From assembly GCA_963662545.2 (NCBI GenBank), contig CAXXLL010000003.1, positions 896,001-960,000 of the forward strand: 64,000 bases of DNA. Direction: 5' to 3'. The number at the start of each line of letters is the position of its first letter. The stretch's first letter is position 1. The stretch is from Gammaproteobacteria bacterium (lineage in GTDB: Bacteria > Pseudomonadota > Gammaproteobacteria > Ga0077536). Shown here in pieces: positions 10,169 to 19,019 of the stretch. A model generated the notes under the pieces. The model saw only the letters and a program-made list of their open reading frames with translations, was not told where the DNA came from and ran no database searches. A program made the position numbers and the translations under genes.

Positions 10169-11853
10169 CAGAGTGTGTGAAAACTCGGAATGAAGAGGAA
10201 TCACGTCGAGAACTCCTCGTCAGACGCAACGCGGCGCGGTTACGACGGCCGCGCTCGCGGTCCAATGCGATCGGTTAGTTAATGGAACATTCCTTAGAAC
10301 GGCCCCAGAAGCCGGCAGTGAAGCCGTGGATCAGGGAGTTTTCGAGGCCACAGAGGGTCTCATGCCGTCATCGCTTCGATGAGCGTAGCGACACCCAGTA
10401 GATTCATCACGCGTTTCATGTTGTAAGCGAGCACGTGCAGACTCATTTCCGTACCAACGTGTTTCAGCGTGCGCATCTGGAAGTGGGTCGAACCCATCCA
10501 GGATTTGATCGTGCCAAATGGATGCTCGACCGTCTCTCGGCGGACACGCATAGGGTCAGGTTCACGATCCAATCGCGCCTGCACCGCTTCAACAACCGCT
10601 TCATGTTCCCAACGGCTGACGCGCCGGTATCGACCCGTTGTGCATTTAGATTTGATCGGGCAGCGGGGACACGCCGAACTCCAGTAGCGCCGGATCTGCT
10701 TGCCTTTCTCCACTCGGGTGAACCGGTAAATCAGTCGCTCACCGGCCGGGCATTCATACGCATCCTCTTCGGGTTGGTAAATGAAGTCGCGCTTGCCAAA
10801 CAAGCCCTTCGCCTGGTTACCCGAGGTCTGCGGTTTCGGCAGATAGGTCGTGATGCCGGCTTTAGCGCACGCCAAGATCTCTTCGCCACTGAAGTACCCG
10901 CGATCCGCAACGACGGTCAACTCCTTCTTATCCAGCGCCTCTTTGGCTTTCTCCGACATGTTCGACAGTTGCGCCCGGTCATGACCTACGTTCGTCACTT
11001 CATGTGCCACAATCAGATGACTCTTCGTGTCGACCGCCGTCTGCACGTTGTACCCCACCATGCCGCTGCCACGGCCGCTCGTCGCCATCGAGCGCGCGTC
11101 CGGGTCCGTCAGTGAGACCTGATGGTCCGGCGTCTCCTCGAGCCGTACCTCGAGCTTTTTTAGGCGGCCTATCTCTTCCTTCAGTACCTCGATCTTGTCC
11201 TTCAAACGCTGCGACTTGTCACCTGACACCGCACGCTCCTGGCGGTCGGCACTTGCAATTTCCGCCAGGTACCGCTCAACGCTCTCGTCAATCTGCTGCA
11301 ACCGACGTTTCAGCTTCGCCTTCGTGAAGTTCCGGTCACGGTTGTTTACCGCTTTGAACTTGCTGCCATCTATCGCCACGAAGGCTTCCGAAAACAGCTG
11401 CAGCTTACGGCACAGCATCACGAACTCCCGGCATACCAGACGAATGGCGTCACCGTTATCTTTGCGGAAATCGGCAATGGTCTTGAAATCAGGCGCCAGA
11501 CGACCCGTCAGCCACATCAGTTCCACGTTCCGCTGCGCCTCCCGTTCCAGGCGACGGCTCGATTGAACCCGGTTCAGGTAACCGTAGATATAGAGCTTCA
11601 GCATCGTCGCCGGGTGATACCCCGGTCGACCCGTCTCATGCGCATCGGTTCTGAAACTCAGACCTGACAGATCCAACTCATCGACGAACACATCGATGAC
11701 CCGCACCGCACTCTCCTCAGCGACATAATCGTCCAGACACTCGGGAAACAGCGTTGTTTGGCGGCGGTCCGCGCCTTCAATGAACCCGCTCATCAACGAC
11801 TCCCCAGGACCGAAAGAGTGATCTTATCTGATGCAGAGTTTTCACACACTCTG
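10169..11853 (-). mobile_element. IS1182-family element copy 1 (1685 bp)
   Basis: TIR CAGAGTGTGTGAAAACT; TSD GACC. Confidence 0.95.
10360..11796 (-). CDS. IS1182-family transposase
   Basis: GRPGYHP, PDFKTIADFR, IDGSK, TDPDAR, GYNVQ, ADRGY, RRETVEHPFGTIK. Confidence 0.95.
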   Translation of the reverse strand: MMSGFIEGADRRQTTLFPECLDDYVAEESAVRVIDVFVDELDLSGLSFRTDAHETGRPGYHPATMLKLYIYGYLNRVQSSRRLEREAQRNVELMWLTGRLAPDFKTIADFRKDNGDAIRLVCREFVMLCRKLQLFSEAFVAIDGSKFKAVNNRDRNFTKAKLKRRLQQIDESVERYLAEIASADRQERAVSGDKSQRLKDKIEVLKEEIGRLKKLEVRLEETPDHQVSLTDPDARSMATSGRGSGMVGYNVQTAVDTKSHLIVAHEVTNVGHDRAQLSNMSEKAKEALDKKELTVVADRGYFSGEEILACAKAGITTYLPKPQTSGNQAKGLFGKRDFIYQPEEDAYECPAGERLIYRFTRVEKGKQIRRYWSSACPRCPIKSKCTTGRYRRVSRWEHEAVVEAVQARLDREPDPMRVRRETVEHPFGTIKSWMGSTHFQMRTLKHVGTEMSLHVLAYNMKRVMNLLGVATLIEAMTA

Positions 11854-11938
11854 GACCCACAGCGGACATGGCTATCGGAGCGGCAGTGAAGGGAATGCCA
11901 CTGTCAAGCGTCCGCCTCCAACGACCCGTTATGCTGCA

Positions 11939-12382
11939 TTATGAATGCACAGTGACCCCATTTCTGTTCATTACTTCTACGATCTTTTCTATGTTCGGCG
12001 GACCTGGCGGAACTTCATTGTCGAGCGCCGTGAACATTTGAGCAGCTATGCTCCCGGAGCCTGTTATTTCCAGCATTTCGCCGCCATCGGGGCCGTATTT
12101 GAACGCATGTATCGTTCCACCCGGCACAAAAACAAGTGTGCCTGGTGTGCACAGTTCGGTCCTTCCATCACAGGTGATTTCAACGCTTCCTTTAATCACG
12201 AAAAATGATTCATCCCAGTCGTGGCTATGAGGCGGAGGTCCCATGCCTTTGTCTCCGGACTGATACGTAAATTCCTGTCCCTGTGTTTCTTGTTTTGAAG
12301 CGAGCACGGTTACGTCAGTGCCTACGACGTTCAACGCGGATTTATAAGTCTCCGGTTTGATAATAAGCGGGGCTCTACTCAT
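11939..12382 (-). CDS. Cupin-domain protein (integron gene cassette)
   Basis: PPPHSHDWDESFFV, VPGGTIH; bounded by GTTATGC and GCATAAC. Confidence 0.85.
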   Translation of the reverse strand: MSRAPLIIKPETYKSALNVVGTDVTVLASKQETQGQEFTYQSGDKGMGPPPHSHDWDESFFVIKGSVEITCDGRTELCTPGTLVFVPGGTIHAFKYGPDGGEMLEITGSGSIAAQMFTALDNEVPPGPPNIEKIVEVMNRNGVTVHS

Positions 12383-12420
12383 GGGATTACTCCTCCGACG
12401 GTGTAGATGGGCCGGTTGCG

Positions 12421-12474
12421 GCATAACGCTAGGATAACCTGCTGTAACACGTCAGGATGATCCGTTTGTTAGGT
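12421..12474 (-). other. attC recombination site
   Basis: Minus strand ACCTAAC-aaacg-GATCATCC...GGTTATC-ctagc-GTTATGC (R'', L'', L', R'). Confidence 0.75.
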
Positions 12475-12498
12475 GGATGATGCATTTCAAATGTGAAC

Positions 12499-12930
12499 TC
12501 AGACCCCTTCGGCTAGCTGCCGCTCGTAACAAGCAGCATCGTAGTAGCCACGAGACTGTGCGATCAGGCCTGATTCGCCCATCTCCCAAACCTCGACTCC
12601 GCTCACGCGAACGGAATTTCCCGTGCCGCCCGGTCCTGTGTTGGTCCCAGTGAGCGTCCATACAAAGAACGCAGCATTACCTGCGACGAGAAGCTGATCA
12701 AGACTGATTTGTAAGTCGGGAAAAGCTTCCATGTAGCTACTTGCTACAGCTGCTAGCGCCGTGCGTCCAATGGCGGGTGGTCCGTCGTTTATCGATTGTC
12801 GTCCGACTTCCTCGTAGCACGAGGCCATTCCCTCCGGATCGTGCGAAGACCACGCACTCGCACACCGAATCGCGAGATCCCATAGTGCTTGGGATGGGGC
12901 CGTCGAACCTGGCGTCGAGGCTAATTGCAT
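12499..12930 (-). CDS. SnoaL-like / ester cyclase family protein (integron gene cassette)
   Basis: AFPDLQI, WTLTGTNTGPGGTG, GYYD; cassette starts GTTAGGC at 12999 and ends ACCTAAC. Confidence 0.85.
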   Translation of the reverse strand: MQLASTPGSTAPSQALWDLAIRCASAWSSHDPEGMASCYEEVGRQSINDGPPAIGRTALAAVASSYMEAFPDLQISLDQLLVAGNAAFFVWTLTGTNTGPGGTGNSVRVSGVEVWEMGESGLIAQSRGYYDAACYERQLAEGV

Positions 12931-13086
12931 TACCGTTTCCTCCGGTTTTTTGCTTTAACGAAAATGTGTCCTTATTTGGGAACTGTATAGAGGCCTAACA
13001 TTAAATGGTCGCTACAATGACGCGATTAATCGAATCATTGTGACGCATAATAATCGGTGCAGACATAGCTGTGGTTACGGTAGCCG

Positions 13087-13231
13087 GGGATGGCTCTTGG
13101 CCGACTGCAGCCGTGCTCCCTCCACTCGGTTCTTGAAGCAACTGGACGACCGCTATGAAGGGGAATGCAGACGTAATCTAGAACGGTGCCGCACTGCCGC
13201 GATCAGACCGCTGACGACCCGAAGGAGACAT
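13087..13231 (+). repeat. Array repeat copy 5 (intact)
   Basis: A 13089, B 13148, C 13206. Confidence 0.9.
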
Positions 13232-13308
13232 CGGCTAGGCCGTAATGGCCACCAAATTGATGCCCCTATATGCTGCTCCCATTAATCATCAGATGGGGGG
13301 AAAGCATC

Positions 13309-13812
13309 ATGGAGCTAATTAATTGGGAGGCCGTATCGGCATTGTCTGAAGCATTCGGAGTAATCGCAGTCGTCGCATCAATGATATTTGTCGGCTTTCA
13401 AATACGACAGAATGCACAAGCAACACGTGCGGCAACCATGGCCTCCGTAATGGACCAGTGGGCGCATAATTATCAGAGTCTTAGTGAAAACGAAAATCTT
13501 GCGGAGGTTGTTTGGACCGGTTCCCAAGACCCGAACGCTGTAAGCGGCGTTGACCGATGGCGGCTGTCATTAGCTTGCAGCGGATTCTTCCAGTATTGGC
13601 ATAATGCCTATTATCAATGGACGATTGGCGCTTACGAATCGAAGGCATGGTATGCGCAGACGAATTTCATGATCAATATGCTGTCACTACCCGGGGCACG
13701 CGCGGTATGGGAAGAAAGGAAACTGGCGCTACCGGAGGACTTTCAAAAGTACGTCGAAACAGAAATCCTTACAAAATCACCCGACCCGAGTTACAAGTTA
13801 GCCGGTACTTAA
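13309..13812 (+). CDS. Hypothetical protein with N-terminal TM helix (NWEA...QIRQN family)
   Basis: GGGGG RBS before ATG; similar to 1308-1856. Confidence 0.8.
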   Translation: MELINWEAVSALSEAFGVIAVVASMIFVGFQIRQNAQATRAATMASVMDQWAHNYQSLSENENLAEVVWTGSQDPNAVSGVDRWRLSLACSGFFQYWHNAYYQWTIGAYESKAWYAQTNFMINMLSLPGARAVWEERKLALPEDFQKYVETEILTKSPDPSYKLAGT

Positions 13813-13996
13813 TCTGGCATCGCGTTGGGTCCCGCTCCGTGGGTTGCTGTATGCCGAGGCTAGAAGCCCACGCCTGGCCGCGAGCCGAACTGCTCGGCTA
13901 ACGTTCTGTTGAACTCAACTCCACGACCGCTTTGGAGCGCATTGCAGACCGAACCTAGAGCAGTGCTGCACTGCGGCGAGGCGACGGCTAACGACC

Positions 13997-15681
13997 CAGA
14001 GTGTGTGAAAACTCGGAATGAAGAGGAATCACGTCGAGAACTCCTCGTCAGACGCAACGCGGCGCGGTTACGACGGCCGCGCTCGCGGTCCAATGCGATC
14101 GGTTAGTTAATGGAACATTCCTTAGAACGGCCCCAGAAGCCGGCAGTGAAGCCGTGGATCAGGGAGTTTTCGAGGCCACAGAGGGTCTCATGCCGTCATC
14201 GCTTCGATGAGCGTAGCGACACCCAGTAGATTCATCACGCGTTTCATGTTGTAAGCGAGCACGTGCAGACTCATTTCCGTACCAACGTGTTTCAGCGTGC
14301 GCATCTGGAAGTGGGTCGAACCCATCCAGGATTTGATCGTGCCAAATGGATGCTCGACCGTCTCTCGGCGGACACGCATAGGGTCAGGTTCACGATCCAA
14401 TCGCGCCTGCACCGCTTCAACAACCGCTTCATGTTCCCAACGGCTGACGCGCCGGTATCGACCCGTTGTGCATTTAGATTTGATCGGGCAGCGGGGACAC
14501 GCCGAACTCCAGTAGCGCCGGATCTGCTTGCCTTTCTCCACTCGGGTGAACCGGTAAATCAGTCGCTCACCGGCCGGGCATTCATACGCATCCTCTTCGG
14601 GTTGGTAAATGAAGTCGCGCTTGCCAAACAAGCCCTTCGCCTGGTTACCCGAGGTCTGCGGTTTCGGCAGATAGGTCGTGATGCCGGCTTTAGCGCACGC
14701 CAAGATCTCTTCGCCACTGAAGTACCCGCGATCCGCAACGACGGTCAACTCCTTCTTATCCAGCGCCTCTTTGGCTTTCTCCGACATGTTCGACAGTTGC
14801 GCCCGGTCATGACCTACGTTCGTCACTTCATGTGCCACAATCAGATGACTCTTCGTGTCGACCGCCGTCTGCACGTTGTACCCCACCATGCCGCTGCCAC
14901 GGCCGCTCGTCGCCATCGAGCGCGCGTCCGGGTCCGTCAGTGAGACCTGATGGTCCGGCGTCTCCTCGAGCCGTACCTCGAGCTTTTTTAGGCGGCCTAT
15001 CTCTTCCTTCAGTACCTCGATCTTGTCCTTCAAACGCTGCGACTTGTCACCTGACACCGCACGCTCCTGGCGGTCGGCACTTGCAATTTCCGCCAGGTAC
15101 CGCTCAACGCTCTCGTCAATCTGCTGCAACCGACGTTTCAGCTTCGCCTTCGTGAAGTTCCGGTCACGGTTGTTTACCGCTTTGAACTTGCTGCCATCTA
15201 TCGCCACGAAGGCTTCCGAAAACAGCTGCAGCTTACGGCACAGCATCACGAACTCCCGGCATACCAGACGAATGGCGTCACCGTTATCTTTGCGGAAATC
15301 GGCAATGGTCTTGAAATCAGGCGCCAGACGACCCGTCAGCCACATCAGTTCCACGTTCCGCTGCGCCTCCCGTTCCAGGCGACGGCTCGATTGAACCCGG
15401 TTCAGGTAACCGTAGATATAGAGCTTCAGCATCGTCGCCGGGTGATACCCCGGTCGACCCGTCTCATGCGCATCGGTTCTGAAACTCAGACCTGACAGAT
15501 CCAACTCATCGACGAACACATCGATGACCCGCACCGCACTCTCCTCAGCGACATAATCGTCCAGACACTCGGGAAACAGCGTTGTTTGGCGGCGGTCCGC
15601 GCCTTCAATGAACCCGCTCATCAACGACTCCCCAGGACCGAAAGAGTGATCTTATCTGATGCAGAGTTTTCACACACTCTG
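13997..15681 (-). mobile_element. IS1182-family element copy 2 (1685 bp)
   Basis: Same TIRs, TSD GACC. Confidence 0.95.
14188..15624 (-). CDS. IS1182-family transposase
   Basis: Same 478-aa protein as copy 1. Confidence 0.95.
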   Translation of the reverse strand: MMSGFIEGADRRQTTLFPECLDDYVAEESAVRVIDVFVDELDLSGLSFRTDAHETGRPGYHPATMLKLYIYGYLNRVQSSRRLEREAQRNVELMWLTGRLAPDFKTIADFRKDNGDAIRLVCREFVMLCRKLQLFSEAFVAIDGSKFKAVNNRDRNFTKAKLKRRLQQIDESVERYLAEIASADRQERAVSGDKSQRLKDKIEVLKEEIGRLKKLEVRLEETPDHQVSLTDPDARSMATSGRGSGMVGYNVQTAVDTKSHLIVAHEVTNVGHDRAQLSNMSEKAKEALDKKELTVVADRGYFSGEEILACAKAGITTYLPKPQTSGNQAKGLFGKRDFIYQPEEDAYECPAGERLIYRFTRVEKGKQIRRYWSSACPRCPIKSKCTTGRYRRVSRWEHEAVVEAVQARLDREPDPMRVRRETVEHPFGTIKSWMGSTHFQMRTLKHVGTEMSLHVLAYNMKRVMNLLGVATLIEAMTA

Positions 15682-15734
15682 GACCCTAAGCAGACCTTGT
15701 AGGTTCTTGTACTCTGACCTCAAACCATTAGCAG

Positions 15735-16442
15735 CTATTCAGCGCGCTGCTTATCCCAGCCGTTCCAGAACGTCACATCGCGCGCCGGGAAGCGTTTCGC
15801 GGGTCTTAAATCGCCACCCTTGAGCCAGGCGACCGGTAGCAGTACCGCCTGCGTGTAATGCGCAGGAACGCCGAGAAGTTCCTGGATCTCTTTTTCATAC
15901 ATCAGAGTGAATGTCGTCCAGGCCGACGCAACTCCGCGCGCGCGGAGCGCCAGCATCAACGACCAGGCCGCCGGTAGAATGGACCCCCACATGGAGCCTT
16001 GGGTAAAGACATCTTCGTGGTCGAAGCGGTTTTCCAGGAAAAGCATGATGTGTACGGGGACGCGGTGCAGATTTTCTATTAAATGGACCGCCGATTTGAC
16101 GATTAGAGGCATTCTTTGCTGACGCGGGTCGTCGTCAGGGTACTGTTTATCGACGGCCACGCCGGTGCGCGTTACTCCGGTTTCACCGGCCAGGTAACGC
16201 TCCGCCCCCTGGCGATACAGGTCAGCTATACCCGAGCGTAAATGTTCATCCGTGACTACGACGAAGCGCCAGGTCTGAGAATTCGCTCCGGTCGGTGCCT
16301 GGAGCGCCACTTCGATCGCTTCTTCGATCAGTGATTCCGGAACGGATCGCTCGAGGTCGAGGCGCAGACGGACCGTGCGCGTGGTCTTCATAACATGATC
16401 GACGCTTGCGAGGTCGATTTTCTTGGGGGCTTGCTCCGCCAT
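15735..16442 (-). CDS. Nitroreductase family protein
   Basis: TTRTVR, ALQAPTGANSQTWRFVVV, LALRARG. Confidence 0.9.
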   Translation of the reverse strand: MAEQAPKKIDLASVDHVMKTTRTVRLRLDLERSVPESLIEEAIEVALQAPTGANSQTWRFVVVTDEHLRSGIADLYRQGAERYLAGETGVTRTGVAVDKQYPDDDPRQQRMPLIVKSAVHLIENLHRVPVHIMLFLENRFDHEDVFTQGSMWGSILPAAWSLMLALRARGVASAWTTFTLMYEKEIQELLGVPAHYTQAVLLPVAWLKGGDLRPAKRFPARDVTFWNGWDKQRAE

Positions 16443-16581
16443 ATCTGCTCTCCAAGTTCGTTGTGCGAACGGGGACGGATAGCCGTCTCCGACATATTAC
16501 ACAGGCGTTGCTCCGACGCCGCTGTGATTCGATATCATTGCGCCGCTCTTTGTCTGCCAAGTGGCGCAGCGCGTCCAATTG

Positions 16582-17448
16582 TTAGTCGTTCAGTTCAACC
16601 GTGTCGCCCTGTTTGATTTCACCGGGCACGCGCACATGGGCGCCAACGCCAAGGCATTGGTCGCCTTCCTTCACCACAGTGCGCAATATCGATTTGTCAT
16701 ATTCGATATCGGCTTGTGGTCTTACGGTCATACCGCAACGCACCGTCGGCATGGTGATCTCGAGGGTTGCCGAGCCGATCGCCAGAGTCTTGCCGACCCA
16801 GTCGTTTTCGACCAGGCCCGTTACCGCCGGGTCGGTCTCGATGTAGAAGTTCGGACGAAAACGCCGGATATCCCAGTTCGCGCCGGGATTTTTCCTGCGC
16901 ATGTAGTCCATCGACGCCGTGGTGATCATATGGATCTCCTCATTGTCGAAAAAAGTGCCGGGGACCGCGACATGATCCATCAGCACCTCTGGGAACAGAG
17001 ACATCTCCGGTACCGGTTCGCCCGGCTCGCGCGCGAAAAGCTCCGTCATTTCCTCAAGGAATACTTGTTCGTCCGGTTTGTGGCGCTTGTAGAATTCGAG
17101 ATTGCTAGCTGGTTCGATTGCGCGCAACGTCGCATCACGCTCGATCAATTCGCTCAGTTTAGCGTTGACCCGCGCATCGTCGCTGCCGATCGTTTGCCCG
17201 TCGGGGAACGTGATAACGACCGGTGTGATCGCATCATCGCTCGGCTCGGCGCGATACCGCGCCGAGCACAGCATGAGCTGCGGATAACGCTTGCCCCATG
17301 TAATCTCCGCCCGTCCCTCGTCGCGCATCGCCCAGCACCGGTCACCCGCGACGCCGGTTTGAGTGACCTTGCAGCGCTCGATTGTGTCGCCCTGCATCGA
17401 TTTCACCGGAAAACGCCAAATCTCCTTTATCACTCCAACGCGCGCCAT
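16582..17448 (-). CDS. MOSC domain protein
   Basis: IWRFPVKSMQG, GDRCWA, RRFRPNF, RCGMT. Confidence 0.92.
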   Translation of the reverse strand: MARVGVIKEIWRFPVKSMQGDTIERCKVTQTGVAGDRCWAMRDEGRAEITWGKRYPQLMLCSARYRAEPSDDAITPVVITFPDGQTIGSDDARVNAKLSELIERDATLRAIEPASNLEFYKRHKPDEQVFLEEMTELFAREPGEPVPEMSLFPEVLMDHVAVPGTFFDNEEIHMITTASMDYMRRKNPGANWDIRRFRPNFYIETDPAVTGLVENDWVGKTLAIGSATLEITMPTVRCGMTVRPQADIEYDKSILRTVVKEGDQCLGVGAHVRVPGEIKQGDTVELND

Positions 17449-17565
17449 ATTCGACTCCTCGCCACTATTGCTGTATGCCCACTGTCAAGAGTAACTCCGT
17501 TAGACACCCGCGCGCACTTCAAATCGATGCCCGTCGAATAATCGAGCTCAGAGCAACAACTCATA

Positions 17566-17872
17566 AGGTCTGTTATTGGCCGAGGCTGTGTCAAAAGTAT
17601 TTTCGAATTTTGAAAGTGGGAGAAGTTTAACCCGATTCGCCTACCTTAGGCGGTGCGTTCCCTTAATCAATCGTGCATAACAACCTAAGTGGGGAAAATT
17701 TTCGCGGCGGGCTCCATTTTTCGACTTTTGACACAGCCTCGGCCGGAAGCCGAAGTCACCTCCAGCGATGTTTTCTAAACAAGCTGAATGGCCGCTTACG
17801 AGCGCATTGCAGACCTGACCCCAAGCAGTGCTGCACTGCCGCGAGGAGGCGGCTGACGACCCATTTCAGCCA
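17566..17872 (+). repeat. Array repeat copy 7 (MITE-1 in A)
   Basis: A arm 17568, B 17790, C 17848. Confidence 0.9.
17582..17740. mobile_element. MITE-1 copy 2 (inverted relative to copy 1)
   Basis: TIR GAGGCTGTGTCAAAAG; GGCC TSD. Confidence 0.88.
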
Positions 17873-17979
17873 CCCAAGCGAAATTTTCTCGACTTGCTGG
17901 CTGAGTTGACCGAGAGTCTCCCAGAGCGCCCGCGAAGAACATTGTACAATCCACTTCGACGCACAAGGGAGGAATCACC

Positions 17980-18357
17980 ATGTCAGAACGACACACCGAA
18001 CTTTACGCAATCACATTGAAATTCCTCGACGCATTCAATCGTAACGATCTCGATGACGTCATGTCATTTTTCTCCAATGAAGCCGTTTATGAAGAGCTGC
18101 ATGGCAAGATTAACGACGGCAAGGACGCGATTCGCGAAGCCTTTGTTCCCCAATTCGAAGGAAAGTTCGGCAAAATGGAGTTTATAGAAGACGACACTTT
18201 TATTGACGCTGACGCCGGCAAGATCATGAGCGGTTGGGATCTGCATATGGAAAAAGACGGCGGGCCAGTGGTGGTGAAAGGGCTTGATCTGCTTTACTTC
18301 GAGGGCGATAAAATTGTACGCAAGCAGACGTTTGTGAAGCAGAAAGATCCGTTGTAA
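17980..18357 (+). CDS. NTF2/SnoaL-like protein
   Basis: FLDAFNRNDLDDVMSFF, GLDLLYFEGDKI; GGAGG RBS. Confidence 0.85.
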   Translation: MSERHTELYAITLKFLDAFNRNDLDDVMSFFSNEAVYEELHGKINDGKDAIREAFVPQFEGKFGKMEFIEDDTFIDADAGKIMSGWDLHMEKDGGPVVVKGLDLLYFEGDKIVRKQTFVKQKDPL

Positions 18358-18472
18358 GAGAGACGCTCTGTAAGCCGGGGCCGAATCGACTCGATAAATA
18401 AATGGGGCCAAGCAAACACGACCGTGAACGCCGTGAATTTTTACTCTGGCCCCGAGGGATGAGGAGAGCGAG

Positions 18473-18967
18473 ATGACACTGCCTGATTCTGCAATCCTGC
18501 TCCGGCGTGGAGAGGGCGACTATGTGACCATCGGGACCGGCACTCGCTGTACCTTTAAGCTCAGGGGGGAAAACACGGACGGGCATTTCGGTCTGTTCGA
18601 GTATGTGATGGAGCCTGGGACTGAAGGACCGCGGCGCCATATCCATCGTCAGATGGCGGAAATCTTCTACGTGGTCGAAGGAGAGCTCGAATTCATCGTT
18701 GGAGACGAGAAGATCACGGCCCGGGCCGGTACGACCGCCCTCGTCCCCAAGGAGGTTGTGCATGCCTTTTCCAACCCGGGCCCGCAGCGCTCGGTGTTGC
18801 TGGTTATGTTTTGCCCGGCAGACTCGCGTGAGAAATACTTCGAGGGGCTGGCTGAACTCCTCAAAGACGGGCAAGCGTCGGATCAAGAAGCCTTACTGGA
18901 GTTGATGCGGCAACATGACACCGAGCCGGTGGCGGAACCGCTCTATGGAGAAATAGATGCGCCGTAA
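18473..18967 (+). CDS. Cupin-domain protein
   Basis: GPRRHIH...EIFYVVEGEL...VPKEVVHAFSN. Confidence 0.88.
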   Translation: MTLPDSAILLRRGEGDYVTIGTGTRCTFKLRGENTDGHFGLFEYVMEPGTEGPRRHIHRQMAEIFYVVEGELEFIVGDEKITARAGTTALVPKEVVHAFSNPGPQRSVLLVMFCPADSREKYFEGLAELLKDGQASDQEALLELMRQHDTEPVAEPLYGEIDAP

Positions 18968-19019
18968 AGGAAGCTAGTGTGCTGTCCCGCAAGAAACTTA
19001 CGCTCAAATAAATCTGTCC

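Larger units (their letters stand above)
10036..11869 (+). repeat. Array repeat copy 4 (IS1182 in C)
   Basis: A 10038, B 10097, C 10155; C right arm AGCGGAC follows the IS. Confidence 0.9.
13866..15697 (+). repeat. Array repeat copy 6 (IS1182 in C)
   Basis: B 13925, C 13983; C right arm AGCAGAC after the IS. Confidence 0.9.

Noticed and set aside
10435-11566. Plus-strand ORFs repeated in each IS1182 copy
   Set aside because: Antisense shadows of the transposase.
12993-13040. Possible attI site upstream of the SnoaL cassette
   Set aside because: Only the GTTAGGC core is recognisable and no adjacent intI supports it.
16561-17541. 326-aa plus-strand ORF
   Set aside because: Antisense to the clear MOSC gene, with no recognisable motifs.
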